Shown here one piece after another: positions 1-9,222 of a stretch of 33,168 nucleotides of DNA. A program made the translations under genes and the position numbers. The notes under the pieces were generated by a model. The model was not told the origin of the DNA and searched no databases. It saw only the letters and a program-made list of their open reading frames with translations. The DNA comes from Flavobacteriales bacterium (GTDB lineage Bacteria > Bacteroidota > Bacteroidia > CAMBQF01). The stretch lies in NCBI GenBank assembly GCA_031412115.1, contig JANOCJ010000110.1, forward strand, positions 1-33,168. Reading direction: 5' to 3'. Positions within the stretch are counted from its first letter, which is position 1. Each line of letters begins with the position of its first letter.

Positions 1-771
1 ATCGCTTAGTTGTTTTACCGATGAGCCTACCTCTGTGTTGCTTCCGCCAAAGGTTTTAGACCATGTAACAGTGCCTGTTGAAGTGGTTTTGATAAGGTAA
101 GATTGAATACCATTACCATAACTCGATGCATAGCCCGAAACAACATAGCCGCCGTCTGCTGTTTGCTCTACAGAACGGCCCTCTTCGTCTGATGCACCAC
201 CGTAGGTTTTAGACCATGTAACACCACCCGTAGCATCGGTTTTAATAAGCACCAAATCCCTACCGCCCGAACCTACACTTAGGGTGTAGCCCGCAATAAT
301 ATATCCCAAATCGCTTGTTTGGCGTACCGAGTAGCCAAAATCGGCAGTACCGCTGGCACCATACGTTTTACTCCACGTAACAACGCCGTTGGCATCGGTT
401 TTTACCAAATAAACATCGCCAATAATATCCACATTATCGGTTTGCCCGGTCATAATAAAGCCACCGTCGGCAGTAGGTTTTATGCTCTCAAATTCATCGT
501 AGCCTACGTTGCCGTAATTTTTTGTCCATACCGTATCGCCACTGGCATTCAGGCGCACCAAATAGGCGTCCCAACTGCTGTTCATAGTGTTGCTAATGGT
601 GCGGCCGCACATTATATAGCCGCCATCGCTAAGCTGTTCAACGGCGTATATATATTCTTCCGACGTGCCGCCGTACGATTTTTGAAACGTAGTTTGCCCG
701 TAAGCAGTGGTAGCTAATAAAAGCAATGCAACTAAAAGGCTGCGCATTAATTTAGATAGGGATGTGAGCAT
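1..771 (-). CDS. Secreted beta-propeller repeat protein (runs off the left edge; missing from the ORF track)
   Basis: Manual translation from ATG 771 (alternative ATG 747): signal peptide MRSLLVALLLLATTAYGQ, then ~50-aa repeats 'W(S/T)K(T/N)(Y/F)G...(E/R/K)Q(T/L)xDGGY...LxKTDxxG'. The frame stays open to base 1. Confidence 0.85.
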   Translation of the reverse strand, partial: MLTSLSKLMRSLLVALLLLATTAYGQTTFQKSYGGTSEEYIYAVEQLSDGGYIMCGRTISNTMNSSWDAYLVRLNASGDTVWTKNYGNVGYDEFESIKPTADGGFIMTGQTDNVDIIGDVYLVKTDANGVVTWSKTYGASGTADFGYSVRQTSDLGYIIAGYTLSVGSGGRDLVLIKTDATGGVTWSKTYGGASDEEGRSVEQTADGGYVVSGYASSYGNGIQSYLIKTTSTGTVTWSKTFGGSNTEVGSSVKQLSD

Positions 772-869
772 TGGTTTACTATTTTATTGTGCTAATATAT
801 TGATAATTACTATTAAAAAGCATGATTTAATATAAGCCAACAAAATCAATTCTTTTAGAGTTTTGCTAG

Positions 870-877
870 TATATTTG
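870..877 (+). promoter_or_regulatory. Bacteroidota -7 promoter box TATATTTG
   Basis: Matches TAnnTTTG, 15 nt before ATG 893. Confidence 0.5.
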
Positions 878-892
878 TTTAAACAAACTACC

Positions 893-1273
893 ATGAGCAA
901 CCTAAATATACCCGAAGAATATCAGGCTGTAATGCCCTATATAATAGTTGACGACCCTGCAGCCCTTAAGCAATTTATGATAACCGTATTGGGCGCAAAA
1001 GATAAAATGCACCACCCCAACCCCGACGGTAGTTTTGGCCATGCCGAAGTTACCATTGGCGATAGTTGCATTATGTTCTCAAACGCTATGCCCGAATGGG
1101 GTGTAAATACTGCAGGGCTTTTTGTGTATGTTGACGATGCTGATGCTGCGTATAAATTGGCATTAGAGAATGGAGCTACATCGCTTATGCCACCTGCCGA
1201 CCAACCTTACGGCCGCAGCAGTGGTGTTAAAGACCCTTTTGGCAATACCTGGTGGATAACAGCGGTAAAATAA
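893..1273 (+). CDS. VOC/glyoxalase (PhnB-like) family protein
   Basis: HAEVTIGDS, LFVYVDDAD and DQPYGRSSGVKDPFGNTWW motifs. ATG 893 is preferred over TTG 863. Confidence 0.9.
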   Translation: MSNLNIPEEYQAVMPYIIVDDPAALKQFMITVLGAKDKMHHPNPDGSFGHAEVTIGDSCIMFSNAMPEWGVNTAGLFVYVDDADAAYKLALENGATSLMPPADQPYGRSSGVKDPFGNTWWITAVK

Positions 1274-1374
1274 TTCCCCCACCCCTAACCCAAGCCATTC
1301 ATATAATTGACTGATTTTAGAAGCAAAGACATTACGTTGTTATTTTTTAATTCCTTCATTTTTTAATTTAATTA

Positions 1375-1965
1375 ATGAACCCCCATTTCTTCACCCCCGC
1401 CCAATTCCGTAAATGGTTAGAAAAAAACCACGATAAGGAAACCGAAATTATAGTTGGCTTTTACAAAAAAGGCACAGGCAAAGAGAATATGACATGGACA
1501 GAATCGGTTGAGCAAGCCCTTTGCTTTGGCTGGATTGACGCTGTGCGCAGGGGTATTGATGAGGAAAGCTATACCATACGTTTTACGCGCCGCAAGCCCA
1601 ACAGTATTTGGAGCAACGTAAACATTGCCCATGTTGAACGCCTAACAAAATTAGGCCTTATGCAACCTGCTGGCATTAAAGCTTTTGAAGCCCGCAAGCC
1701 CGAAAAATCGGGAATATATGCGTTTGAAAAGCCTGATAATAATGGGCTGCTGGAAGAGAATATCAACCGATTCAAAAAAAATAAAAAAGCTTGGGAATGG
1801 TTTAGCAGGCAAACGCCATCGTACCAAAAAACAGCAGGCCATTGGGTTGAAAGTGCTAAGCAGGATGCGACTAAAGAGAAGCGTTTAGCGCAACTAATGG
1901 AATCATCTGAAAAAGGAGAATTAGCCCCGCCATTCCGATGGAGCAAACAAGCACCAAAAAAGTAA
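1375..1965 (+). CDS. YdeI/OmpD-associated (bacteriocin-protection) family protein
   Basis: FRKWLEKNH, ALCFGWID, FTRRKPNSIWS, GLMQPAG and W..SAKQ..T..KRL motifs. Confidence 0.9.
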   Translation: MNPHFFTPAQFRKWLEKNHDKETEIIVGFYKKGTGKENMTWTESVEQALCFGWIDAVRRGIDEESYTIRFTRRKPNSIWSNVNIAHVERLTKLGLMQPAGIKAFEARKPEKSGIYAFEKPDNNGLLEENINRFKKNKKAWEWFSRQTPSYQKTAGHWVESAKQDATKEKRLAQLMESSEKGELAPPFRWSKQAPKK

Positions 1966-1971
1966 AACGGT

Positions 1972-2739
1972 TTAACCTTTTTCGCTGCGATTGATGTATA
2001 GCAGGTAGTTTAGCGCGGTGATAATAACAAAATATATGCCTGCGGTAGCGTAATAATTACCGGGAACATTAGCTTGTGCCATAGGAATAACATTCATTAC
2101 ACAAAATGCTGCCGGTAGTAGGTAGGCATACTTCCACAAATTGGCTAAAATAAGTGCTGCAACCAGCATTAACAAACCAATGCCAACCGGCACTAAAAAG
2201 TTTTTAAAGCGTAGGCTAATTAGGTATTGTGCGGCAACAAGCGGCAATATGGTAATGAAAATTTTAGTGTTACTTTTTAGTATAGCCAATACTGGTAGCG
2301 ATTCTTTAGGCATAGCGCCATCTATTAGCAGGGTAGATAAATAGCCTACCGCTATTACAGCAATATTGAAGAAGATGAAGAACTGTAATATCATTAACAA
2401 TATAGCCGATAGCTTAGCAATAAATACCATGGTAAAGCTTTGTGGCGTGGTATGTAGCTGTTTCCAGGTGTTGTTTTTATATTCTAACTGGGTTATTAAA
2501 CTGGCAAATAAAATAATAGTCATGGGTAGTAAAAACGATAGCATGCTGCTCCACATTTGGTTGTAATGCATTTGCCATATACCGGGCATTGTAGGAAACG
2601 AGTTGATGCTATACTCGGTGTGTAAAAATGCACCCATCTGTATTAATGGAATAAAACATCCCCCTACTACACATATCCAGAATGATGTGCTGCGCTTTGT
2701 TTTAAGCCATTCGCTTTGCAGGCTGTGTAAGTAAACCAT
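1972..2739 (-). CDS. ABC transporter permease (LanE/BcrB-like ABC-2 type)
   Basis: SEWLKTKRS N-terminus, EYKNNTWKQL..P motif and about 6 hydrophobic segments. Lies directly after the ATPase gene. Confidence 0.85.
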   Translation of the reverse strand: MVYLHSLQSEWLKTKRSTSFWICVVGGCFIPLIQMGAFLHTEYSINSFPTMPGIWQMHYNQMWSSMLSFLLPMTIILFASLITQLEYKNNTWKQLHTTPQSFTMVFIAKLSAILLMILQFFIFFNIAVIAVGYLSTLLIDGAMPKESLPVLAILKSNTKIFITILPLVAAQYLISLRFKNFLVPVGIGLLMLVAALILANLWKYAYLLPAAFCVMNVIPMAQANVPGNYYATAGIYFVIITALNYLLYINRSEKG

Positions 2740-2740
2740 A

Positions 2741-3688
2741 TTAGTTTTTTACTAAATCAATAAATATTGCTTCTAAATCATTTTTAACCACGGCTATTTC
2801 GTATACCTGTATGCCGCTGTTTACAAGGTTGGCGTTAATTTTTGCAATCACTTCTTTTTCAGCAGCAGGCATGCTTACCGCACCATTGCTTTGCACGGGT
2901 TTTAATCCTTGCGCAGCAATAAGCTCTTTTGTTTTGGCTGCATTATCAGTAGTAAATTTTACGGTTGACGATTGGGTTTGCTTTAAATGCAAATCATTTA
3001 ACGTGCCTTGAAACAACACTGAACCTTTGTGTATAATGCCCACATGGGTTACCATCCGTTCAATCTCGGCCAGCAGGTGGCTTGATATTACGATGGTGGT
3101 GCCTAACTCTTTATTCAGCTTTTTAAGCAACTCGCGTACCTCAATAATGCCGTTAGGGTCAAGGCCGTTGGTAGGCTCATCCAATATTAGCAATTTGGGG
3201 TTGTGCAGCAGGGCAACAGCAATACTCAAGCGCTGTTTCATCCCAAGCGAAAATTTGCCTGCTTTTTTCTTTTTAGTATCTGCAAGGCCAACAATTGCTA
3301 GTACTTCAGCAATACGCTCATTAGGGCATTGATAAATTTTCTGCCAAATTTTTAAATTTTCAACGGCTGTTAAATGTGCGTATAACGATGGGGCCTCAAT
3401 CAGCGACCCTATGTTTTTCAGTATCTCTACACGGTTGCTGTCAAACTCTTTATCAAAAATTTTAATAGTGCCCTGCTGTTTTTTTAGCAAGCCCAATACC
3501 AACCGCAGGGTAGTGGTTTTGCCCGCGCCGTTAGGGCCTAAAAAGCCGTAAATAGCACCAGTTGGCACTTGTAGGTTAATGTTGTTTAGCACAACATCGC
3601 CACCCGAAAATTTATACGTTAGATTTTCTGTTTCTATGCAATACACAGTATGCGTTTTTGAATTTTTAAGCGTTGCAATATGCAACAA
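2741..3688 (-). CDS. ABC transporter ATP-binding protein (LanF/BcrA-like)
   Basis: Walker A GPNGAGKTT, E-loop LIEAP, signature FSLGMKQR, Walker B LILDEPTNGLD and SSHLL. Start is TTG 3688 or GTG 3646. Confidence 0.92.
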   Translation of the reverse strand: MLHIATLKNSKTHTVYCIETENLTYKFSGGDVVLNNINLQVPTGAIYGFLGPNGAGKTTTLRLVLGLLKKQQGTIKIFDKEFDSNRVEILKNIGSLIEAPSLYAHLTAVENLKIWQKIYQCPNERIAEVLAIVGLADTKKKKAGKFSLGMKQRLSIAVALLHNPKLLILDEPTNGLDPNGIIEVRELLKKLNKELGTTIVISSHLLAEIERMVTHVGIIHKGSVLFQGTLNDLHLKQTQSSTVKFTTDNAAKTKELIAAQGLKPVQSNGAVSMPAAEKEVIAKINANLVNSGIQVYEIAVVKNDLEAIFIDLVKN

Positions 3689-3690
3689 GT

Positions 3691-4116
3691 TTACATATTA
3701 ATGATGTACTGCATTATTTTCAATTCATCATTTACGTAGCTCATATAGTAGTCTTCATTGGCACGGCCATGGTCGTAGGTTACGGTGTAGCTTAGTTTTA
3801 TTTCGCCGGTCATTTCATGCCCTTCTTTAATAATATTGCTGCGTGCAGAATCTAACTTAAACTCAATAATATTACCCGATGCAGCTTCAATTTTTTTAAA
3901 GTTAGAAATGTGCTGGGCATATTGTGCGTCATCCTTTTTTATAAGGGTTAACTCCATTGCTTTATCAAGCTCAAGCGCTTTGCGATGGTTTAAAAATTCA
4001 GTAGAAACCTTTTGACCTTTTTCTAAATCTTCTTTATCGTTTACGCGCGTTTCGCGGGCATCGCAGGCGGCAAGCAAAATGGTAAAGCAAATAAGAGAGA
4101 TGGGTAGCACTTTCAT
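3691..4116 (-). CDS. Hypothetical lipoprotein
   Basis: Lipobox LAAC after a hydrophobic stretch; 2 nt from the ABC ATPase ORF. Confidence 0.75.
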   Translation of the reverse strand: MKVLPISLICFTILLAACDARETRVNDKEDLEKGQKVSTEFLNHRKALELDKAMELTLIKKDDAQYAQHISNFKKIEAASGNIIEFKLDSARSNIIKEGHEMTGEIKLSYTVTYDHGRANEDYYMSYVNDELKIMQYIINM

Positions 4117-4238
4117 AATTTTTTTGGTTAGATGTGTGGTGCGTTATACCTAACATTTGGGTAATAGTTACATATTTGTATTTTTGGGTTTACCATCAAC
4201 GAAGATTTTTTGCCGGAATACTAAAAAACCAAAAATTA

Positions 4239-4757
4239 ATGCATATTGAAACAGAAAGGCTACGCCTGATTGCTTGCACCAAAGAAATTACCGAGGCGGT
4301 GTTAACCGGCGATGAAGCCATTAAAAACGTATTAAAAATAAACATACCCGCTAAATGGACGGAGTTTGGCGAACCCGCATTCCGCTTTACGCTGCAAAGG
4401 CTTAATGAAGTACGCGGTGAGTTTATGTGGTGGTCGTATTTGCCCATATATAAGGCCGAAAATATTTTGGTAGGTAGTTGCGGCTTTAAAGGCGCGCCCA
4501 ATGAAAATGGTATGGTTGAAATAGGTTATGAGGTAGCAGAGAGCTATCGCAACAAGGGCTTGGCTACTGAGTTTGCAAAGGCATTGATTGATTTTGCTTT
4601 TAGTCATGCTGAGGTAACAATGGTGCAGGCGCACACATTGGCCGAAGAAAATGCATCGTGTATGGTTTTGCAGCGTTGCGGCATGAAGAAAATAGAGACA
4701 TTTGAAGACCCTGACGATGGGCTTGTATGGCGCTGGGAATTAAAAAAGAATGCTTAA
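4239..4757 (+). CDS. GNAT N-acetyltransferase (RimJ/RimL type)
   Basis: IETERLRL, EIGYEV..YRNKGLATE and N.AS..VLQRCGM motifs. ATG 4239 lies downstream of TATTTTTG at 4179-4186. Confidence 0.9.
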   Translation: MHIETERLRLIACTKEITEAVLTGDEAIKNVLKINIPAKWTEFGEPAFRFTLQRLNEVRGEFMWWSYLPIYKAENILVGSCGFKGAPNENGMVEIGYEVAESYRNKGLATEFAKALIDFAFSHAEVTMVQAHTLAEENASCMVLQRCGMKKIETFEDPDDGLVWRWELKKNA

Positions 4758-4795
4758 GTGGATGGTTTTTATTTTCCTTTTATAATTACATCGCC

Positions 4796-6079
4796 ATGAA
4801 CGAAGACTTTCTGCACTATATATGGAAATTTGGGTTGTTTGATTTAAACAACCTGAAAACCACCACCGGCGACGATGTTACCGTTATTCAGCGCGGTGGG
4901 CACAACCCCAATGCAGGGCCCGATTTTTTTAACGCCCGCGTTAAAATTGGCGATACTACATGGGCTGGAAATGTGGAGATACACACCCGTTCGTCTGACT
5001 GGCAACGGCATAACCATAGTGCCGACGATGCCTATAAAAATATTATTTTGCATGTGGTTTTTGATGATGATAAACCACTGGCCGATGCCCTGAACAACCC
5101 CGTTGCAACCATTGAACTGAAAGGCCGCATCGACCTTAAATTTTACAATACCTACAAAACGTTTACTGATGCAAAGGGCTGGATTCCCTGCGAAAGTTCT
5201 TTGCCGCGCGTTGACCCTTTTATAATGGAAAGCTGGCTGGAACGGTTGGCTATTGAGCGCTTGGAACGAAAATCGACCGCAGTGCTTGATGTGTTGGCTG
5301 CAAACAAAGGCAGTTGGCAGGAAACATTTTATCAGTTAATGGCAGCCAATTTTGGCTTTAAAGTAAATGCCGAGCCCTTTGCTTTGCTGGCGCGCAGCAT
5401 ACCCGAAAATTTATTGGCACGCCAAAAAAACAGCGACCTGCAGATAGAAGCATTGCTGTTTGGCGTTGCTGGATTGCTGGAGAGTGAGTTTGTAGACGAA
5501 TATCCCAACAAGCTAAAAGCCGAGTTTAAATTTTTAAAGGCCAAGTATAACCTGCCCACACTGCCGGGCCATATATGGAAGTTTTCGCGCATGCGGCCCG
5601 ATAATTTTCCTACCATACGTATTGCGCAATTTGCCGCGCTTATCATCAATTCAAACGGCCTTTTTGCTAAGATGCTGGACACTAAGCGCACGGCTGCTTT
5701 AAAAGGCTTTTTTGATGTAAAAGCATCGGAATATTGGGATACGCATTATGTGTTTGATAAGCCTTCGGCAGAGAAGCCCAAACACATGGGTGCATCGTCT
5801 GTAAATAATATAATAATCAATACCATAGTGCCTACGCTGTTTGCCTATGGTATAGATAGGGACGAGCGCTATAGCAAAGAGCGGGCATTGAGTTTATTGG
5901 CTAAAACCGAACCGGAAAGTAATATCATTGTAAAAGGCTGGCAGGGTTTAAATGTTGCTATGAACAGCGCACAGCAAACCCAAGCCGGTATTGAATTAAA
6001 AAATTTGTACTGCGATGCAAAAAAATGCTTATTTTGCAGTGTTGGAACTCACTTATTAAAAAATGGTAAGCGCAATTAA
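4796..6079 (+). CDS. DUF2851 family protein
   Basis: MNEDFLHYIW, AGPDFFNA, GNVEIH..SSDW..H.H, RPDNFPTIR and C-terminal C..K.CL.C motifs. Confidence 0.88.
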   Translation: MNEDFLHYIWKFGLFDLNNLKTTTGDDVTVIQRGGHNPNAGPDFFNARVKIGDTTWAGNVEIHTRSSDWQRHNHSADDAYKNIILHVVFDDDKPLADALNNPVATIELKGRIDLKFYNTYKTFTDAKGWIPCESSLPRVDPFIMESWLERLAIERLERKSTAVLDVLAANKGSWQETFYQLMAANFGFKVNAEPFALLARSIPENLLARQKNSDLQIEALLFGVAGLLESEFVDEYPNKLKAEFKFLKAKYNLPTLPGHIWKFSRMRPDNFPTIRIAQFAALIINSNGLFAKMLDTKRTAALKGFFDVKASEYWDTHYVFDKPSAEKPKHMGASSVNNIIINTIVPTLFAYGIDRDERYSKERALSLLAKTEPESNIIVKGWQGLNVAMNSAQQTQAGIELKNLYCDAKKCLFCSVGTHLLKNGKRN

Positions 6080-6284
6080 ACGGAATTTTGAGCATAAGGC
6101 CTTTGGCGTATGTACTTATTTGGGCGAAAAGCTCCACATGGAGCCACGCCCAATCCGTATGTTTTTTATCTATACCTCGTTCCTAACCATCGGGTCGCCG
6201 GTTATTATTTATATGATACTGGCATTTTGGCTGCGCATGAAAAATTACATACGCCCCGGCCGCACACGGGTGTGGGATTTGTAA
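6063..6284 (+). CDS. PspC-domain small membrane protein
   Basis: FGVC..LG...IR.FFIY.SF...GSP..Y..LAFW pattern; overlaps the DUF2851 3' end. Confidence 0.85.
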   Translation: MVSAIKRNFEHKAFGVCTYLGEKLHMEPRPIRMFFIYTSFLTIGSPVIIYMILAFWLRMKNYIRPGRTRVWDL

Positions 6285-6300
6285 CCCTCTTAAAATTTAT

Positions 6301-7071
6301 ATGCGTTATATTTTACTTATTCTATTTGCAATAACAACCACTTTACATGCGTCAGATGTTACCGTTTTTTCAAATACAGGGTATAAATTCTGGGTTATTG
6401 TAAATGGAGAGAAAATGAATACCCAAGCTTCTGAAAAAGTTGTTTTCTCAAAGCCTGCTGGCATATACCTTATGCGGATTATTATCGATTCGAACCTTAA
6501 AAATAATATGAGTAGCAATAGCAATATTGAGGTTAAAGAAGCTTCGGGCAACTTGTTTAAGGTTGATTGCGCCAATATTTTTACCGATAATATTGCAACA
6601 GAGCTGGCTATTACAATAAGGCCTTATACATTGGTAAATGCCAATGATTTAAGCGGCAAATGGACGCTGAAGATTAACACCATTAAAATTGAAAACATAA
6701 GCATATATATGTTGGAAACAGGGGTGTCTTCTGAATTTGAACAGGTTGTGATTTCTGACGATTCAGGCATTGCTTTTTTAAACGGAGAGATAGACCGTGT
6801 TACCAATACAATTTATATTAATGGGATTACAGGGGCATTTTATAATTATGTAAAATATAATTATTTGGGAGATGCCAGAGGCGCAACCTGCGATTGGTTT
6901 TATCATAATGGTTTTACTACTGTTTTACACCAGTCACAAAATTCATCTTATGCATCTTCTCCAAAGCTGCTTTATTATTTTATTACCAATAAAGACATTG
7001 TTTGTGGAGAAGAAAACCTGCCGCTGTATGACAAAAAAAACATTCAGTTAAATTTGATATTGGAACGCTAA
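6301..7071 (+). CDS. Hypothetical secreted protein (AT-rich)
   Basis: 256-aa ORF with a signal peptide. Its stop overlaps the next ATG (TAATG). Confidence 0.7.
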   Translation: MRYILLILFAITTTLHASDVTVFSNTGYKFWVIVNGEKMNTQASEKVVFSKPAGIYLMRIIIDSNLKNNMSSNSNIEVKEASGNLFKVDCANIFTDNIATELAITIRPYTLVNANDLSGKWTLKINTIKIENISIYMLETGVSSEFEQVVISDDSGIAFLNGEIDRVTNTIYINGITGAFYNYVKYNYLGDARGATCDWFYHNGFTTVLHQSQNSSYASSPKLLYYFITNKDIVCGEENLPLYDKKNIQLNLILER

Positions 7072-7967
7072 TGCCTTCCATCCTCATTACCGGCTCAAAC
7101 GGCCTTGTTGGGCGAGAGTTAATCAGGGCTTTTGCTAAGACAGATTTTACTATACATGCAACATCTTCTTCTCCCGATAAAATCAATCAGCCCGGCGTAA
7201 ATTTTTATCAATTAGATATTAGGGATAAAGAGGGCTTTTTTAATTTGATAGAAACCCTAAAACCAAGCGTTGTAATACACTCGGCCGCCATTAGCGCACC
7301 CGATGTTTGCGAAACGGATAAAGCACTGTGCAATGCCGTTAATATTGATGGCACACAACACGTTGCCGATGCTTGCAAAGCAGTTAACGCCCGCATGCTT
7401 TTTATCTCTACCGATTTTATTTTTGATGGCCAAAATGGGCCGTATGCAGAAGAGGCTATTCCAAACCCTGTAAGCTACTACGGTTGGAGCAAATTGGAAG
7501 GAGAAAAAATTACACAACAACTTCCGCATTGGGCTATTGTGCGTACCGTTTTGGTGTATGGCGATACCGTTGGATTGAACCGCGCCAACTTTGTTACGTG
7601 GGTAAAAACATCATTAGAAAAGGGCGAGAAAATACGCATAGTAAACGACCAGTTTCGTACCCCAACCTACGCGCCCGATTTAGCTTTTGGAATAGTGCAA
7701 GCCACAAAGTATTTGTTAGATAAAAACACCAACAAAATTTGGCACCTGAGTGGCCCGCTGCCGCTTATAAGCGTATACGATATGGCCTTGCAAATCGCCG
7801 CGTTTTATACGCTTGATGCTTCGCTTATTGAGCCTGTTGCATCTGCAAGTTTGCAGCAGCCCGCAAAACGCCCCCCAACTACCGGCTTTAGTATTGCCAA
7901 AGCACAAAAGCTGCTCAATTACAACCCCGTACAATTTATCAACGGGCTTGACAAACTGGCTTTGTAG
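7071..7967 (+). CDS. RmlD-like SDR oxidoreductase (dTDP-4-dehydrorhamnose reductase family)
   Basis: ITGSNGLVG, ISTDFIFDG, YYGWSK (YxxxK), DQFRTPT and AKRP motifs. Not inside an rml cluster, so the substrate is uncertain. Confidence 0.85.
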   Translation: MPSILITGSNGLVGRELIRAFAKTDFTIHATSSSPDKINQPGVNFYQLDIRDKEGFFNLIETLKPSVVIHSAAISAPDVCETDKALCNAVNIDGTQHVADACKAVNARMLFISTDFIFDGQNGPYAEEAIPNPVSYYGWSKLEGEKITQQLPHWAIVRTVLVYGDTVGLNRANFVTWVKTSLEKGEKIRIVNDQFRTPTYAPDLAFGIVQATKYLLDKNTNKIWHLSGPLPLISVYDMALQIAAFYTLDASLIEPVASASLQQPAKRPPTTGFSIAKAQKLLNYNPVQFINGLDKLAL

Positions 7968-8098
7968 GTTGTATATTTATAGTTCGTAATTAATAATCTC
8001 AAACAGTAAGGATGCCTTTTGCCCGCCTTGTATGCCATAGCATGTGCTAGTGGTATGTATATGCGTGCACAGCTTTTGAAATGATAATGAATAAAATC

Positions 8099-8132
8099 CC
8101 CCTCTCCTTTAGGAGAGGGGCTAGGGGTGAGG
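8099..8132 (+). repeat. REP-like palindrome with G-rich tail
   Basis: CCCCTCTCCT-tt-AGGAGAGGGG followed by ctaGGGGTGAGG. Confidence 0.75.
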
Positions 8133-8136
8133 TAAC

Positions 8137-9222
8137 ATGGATAATTTAGAAAACGAAGAATATATACATGGGCGTGGGGCGCAACTCATCCCCCAAAATA
8201 AATTTTTAAAACTCTCATACGCGCAAGAGCATATTGAGGGTATTGACAAGCCGTGGAACCTTGACCGTAAAACGCAGGTGTATGAGGAGTTTCCTAAAAA
8301 AATAGTAAACAAGGTTAGCAGCCCCGATATTGGTATGATGTACTCTATGAACCCCTACCAGGGTTGCGAACATGGCTGCATATACTGCTACGCCCGCAAT
8401 ACACACGAGTATTGGGGCTTGAGTGCAGGGATGGATTTTGAGCAAAAAATTATTGCCAAACCCGATGCACCTAAAATATTAGAGAAACAATTGCGCAGCA
8501 AAAATTGGGTAGTATCGCCTATTATGTTTTCGGGCAATACGGATTGCTACCAACCGCTGGAGCGTAAGATGCAGCTTACCCGCCAAATGCTGGAGGTGCT
8601 GCTAAAATTTCGGCATCCGGCAGGTATGATTACCAAAAACGCGCTTATACTGCGAGACAAAGATATTTTGGCGGAAATGGCTAAGTTGAAACTGGTAAGT
8701 GTAATGGTTTCCATTACATCGCTTAAAGAAGATTTGCGCCAAAAAATGGAACCGCGCACCGCTACTGCCAAAAGGCGTTTACAGGTAATTGAAGAACTTA
8801 CTAAAGCGGGCATACCTACAGGCATTATGACGGCGCCAATCATTCCCGGTTTAAACAGCGATGAGGTGCCTGCATTGATAAAAGCCGCTGCCGACCATGG
8901 TGCAGTTATGGCAGGCTATACCATTGTGCGCCTAAACGGTGCCATTGGGCCCATTTTTAGCGACTGGATACATAAGGCATACCCTGATAGGGCCGAGAAG
9001 GTATTAAATCAAATTAGCGAAGCCCACGGCGGGCAATTAAATGATAGCCGTTTTGGCACCCGCATGCGCGGCGAAGGAAAAATTGTGGAGTCTATTTCGC
9101 AGATGTTTAAGCACTCGGTAAACAAGCACATAAAAAGCAAAGGCCGCCAATCTGTTGAGTTAGATTTGACGGCCTTTAGGGTACCCGATGAACACGGGCA
9201 ATTAAATTTATTTGATACCTAG
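8137..9222 (+). CDS. PA0069/Rv2578c-family radical SAM protein (SplB-like)
   Basis: NPYQGCEHGCIYCYAR (CxxxCxxC), NTDCYQP, EPRT, APIIPGLN and RMRGEG motifs. Confidence 0.92.
   Translation: MDNLENEEYIHGRGAQLIPQNKFLKLSYAQEHIEGIDKPWNLDRKTQVYEEFPKKIVNKVSSPDIGMMYSMNPYQGCEHGCIYCYARNTHEYWGLSAGMDFEQKIIAKPDAPKILEKQLRSKNWVVSPIMFSGNTDCYQPLERKMQLTRQMLEVLLKFRHPAGMITKNALILRDKDILAEMAKLKLVSVMVSITSLKEDLRQKMEPRTATAKRRLQVIEELTKAGIPTGIMTAPIIPGLNSDEVPALIKAAADHGAVMAGYTIVRLNGAIGPIFSDWIHKAYPDRAEKVLNQISEAHGGQLNDSRFGTRMRGEGKIVESISQMFKHSVNKHIKSKGRQSVELDLTAFRVPDEHGQLNLFDT

Noticed and set aside
319-717. 132-aa + strand ORF
   Set aside because: Antisense shadow of the minus-strand repeat protein 1..771, which has a signal peptide and clear repeats.
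7071-7967. Rhamnose/O-antigen biosynthesis cluster
   Set aside because: No rmlA, rmlB, rmlC or glycosyltransferase genes nearby; a stand-alone RmlD-like SDR.
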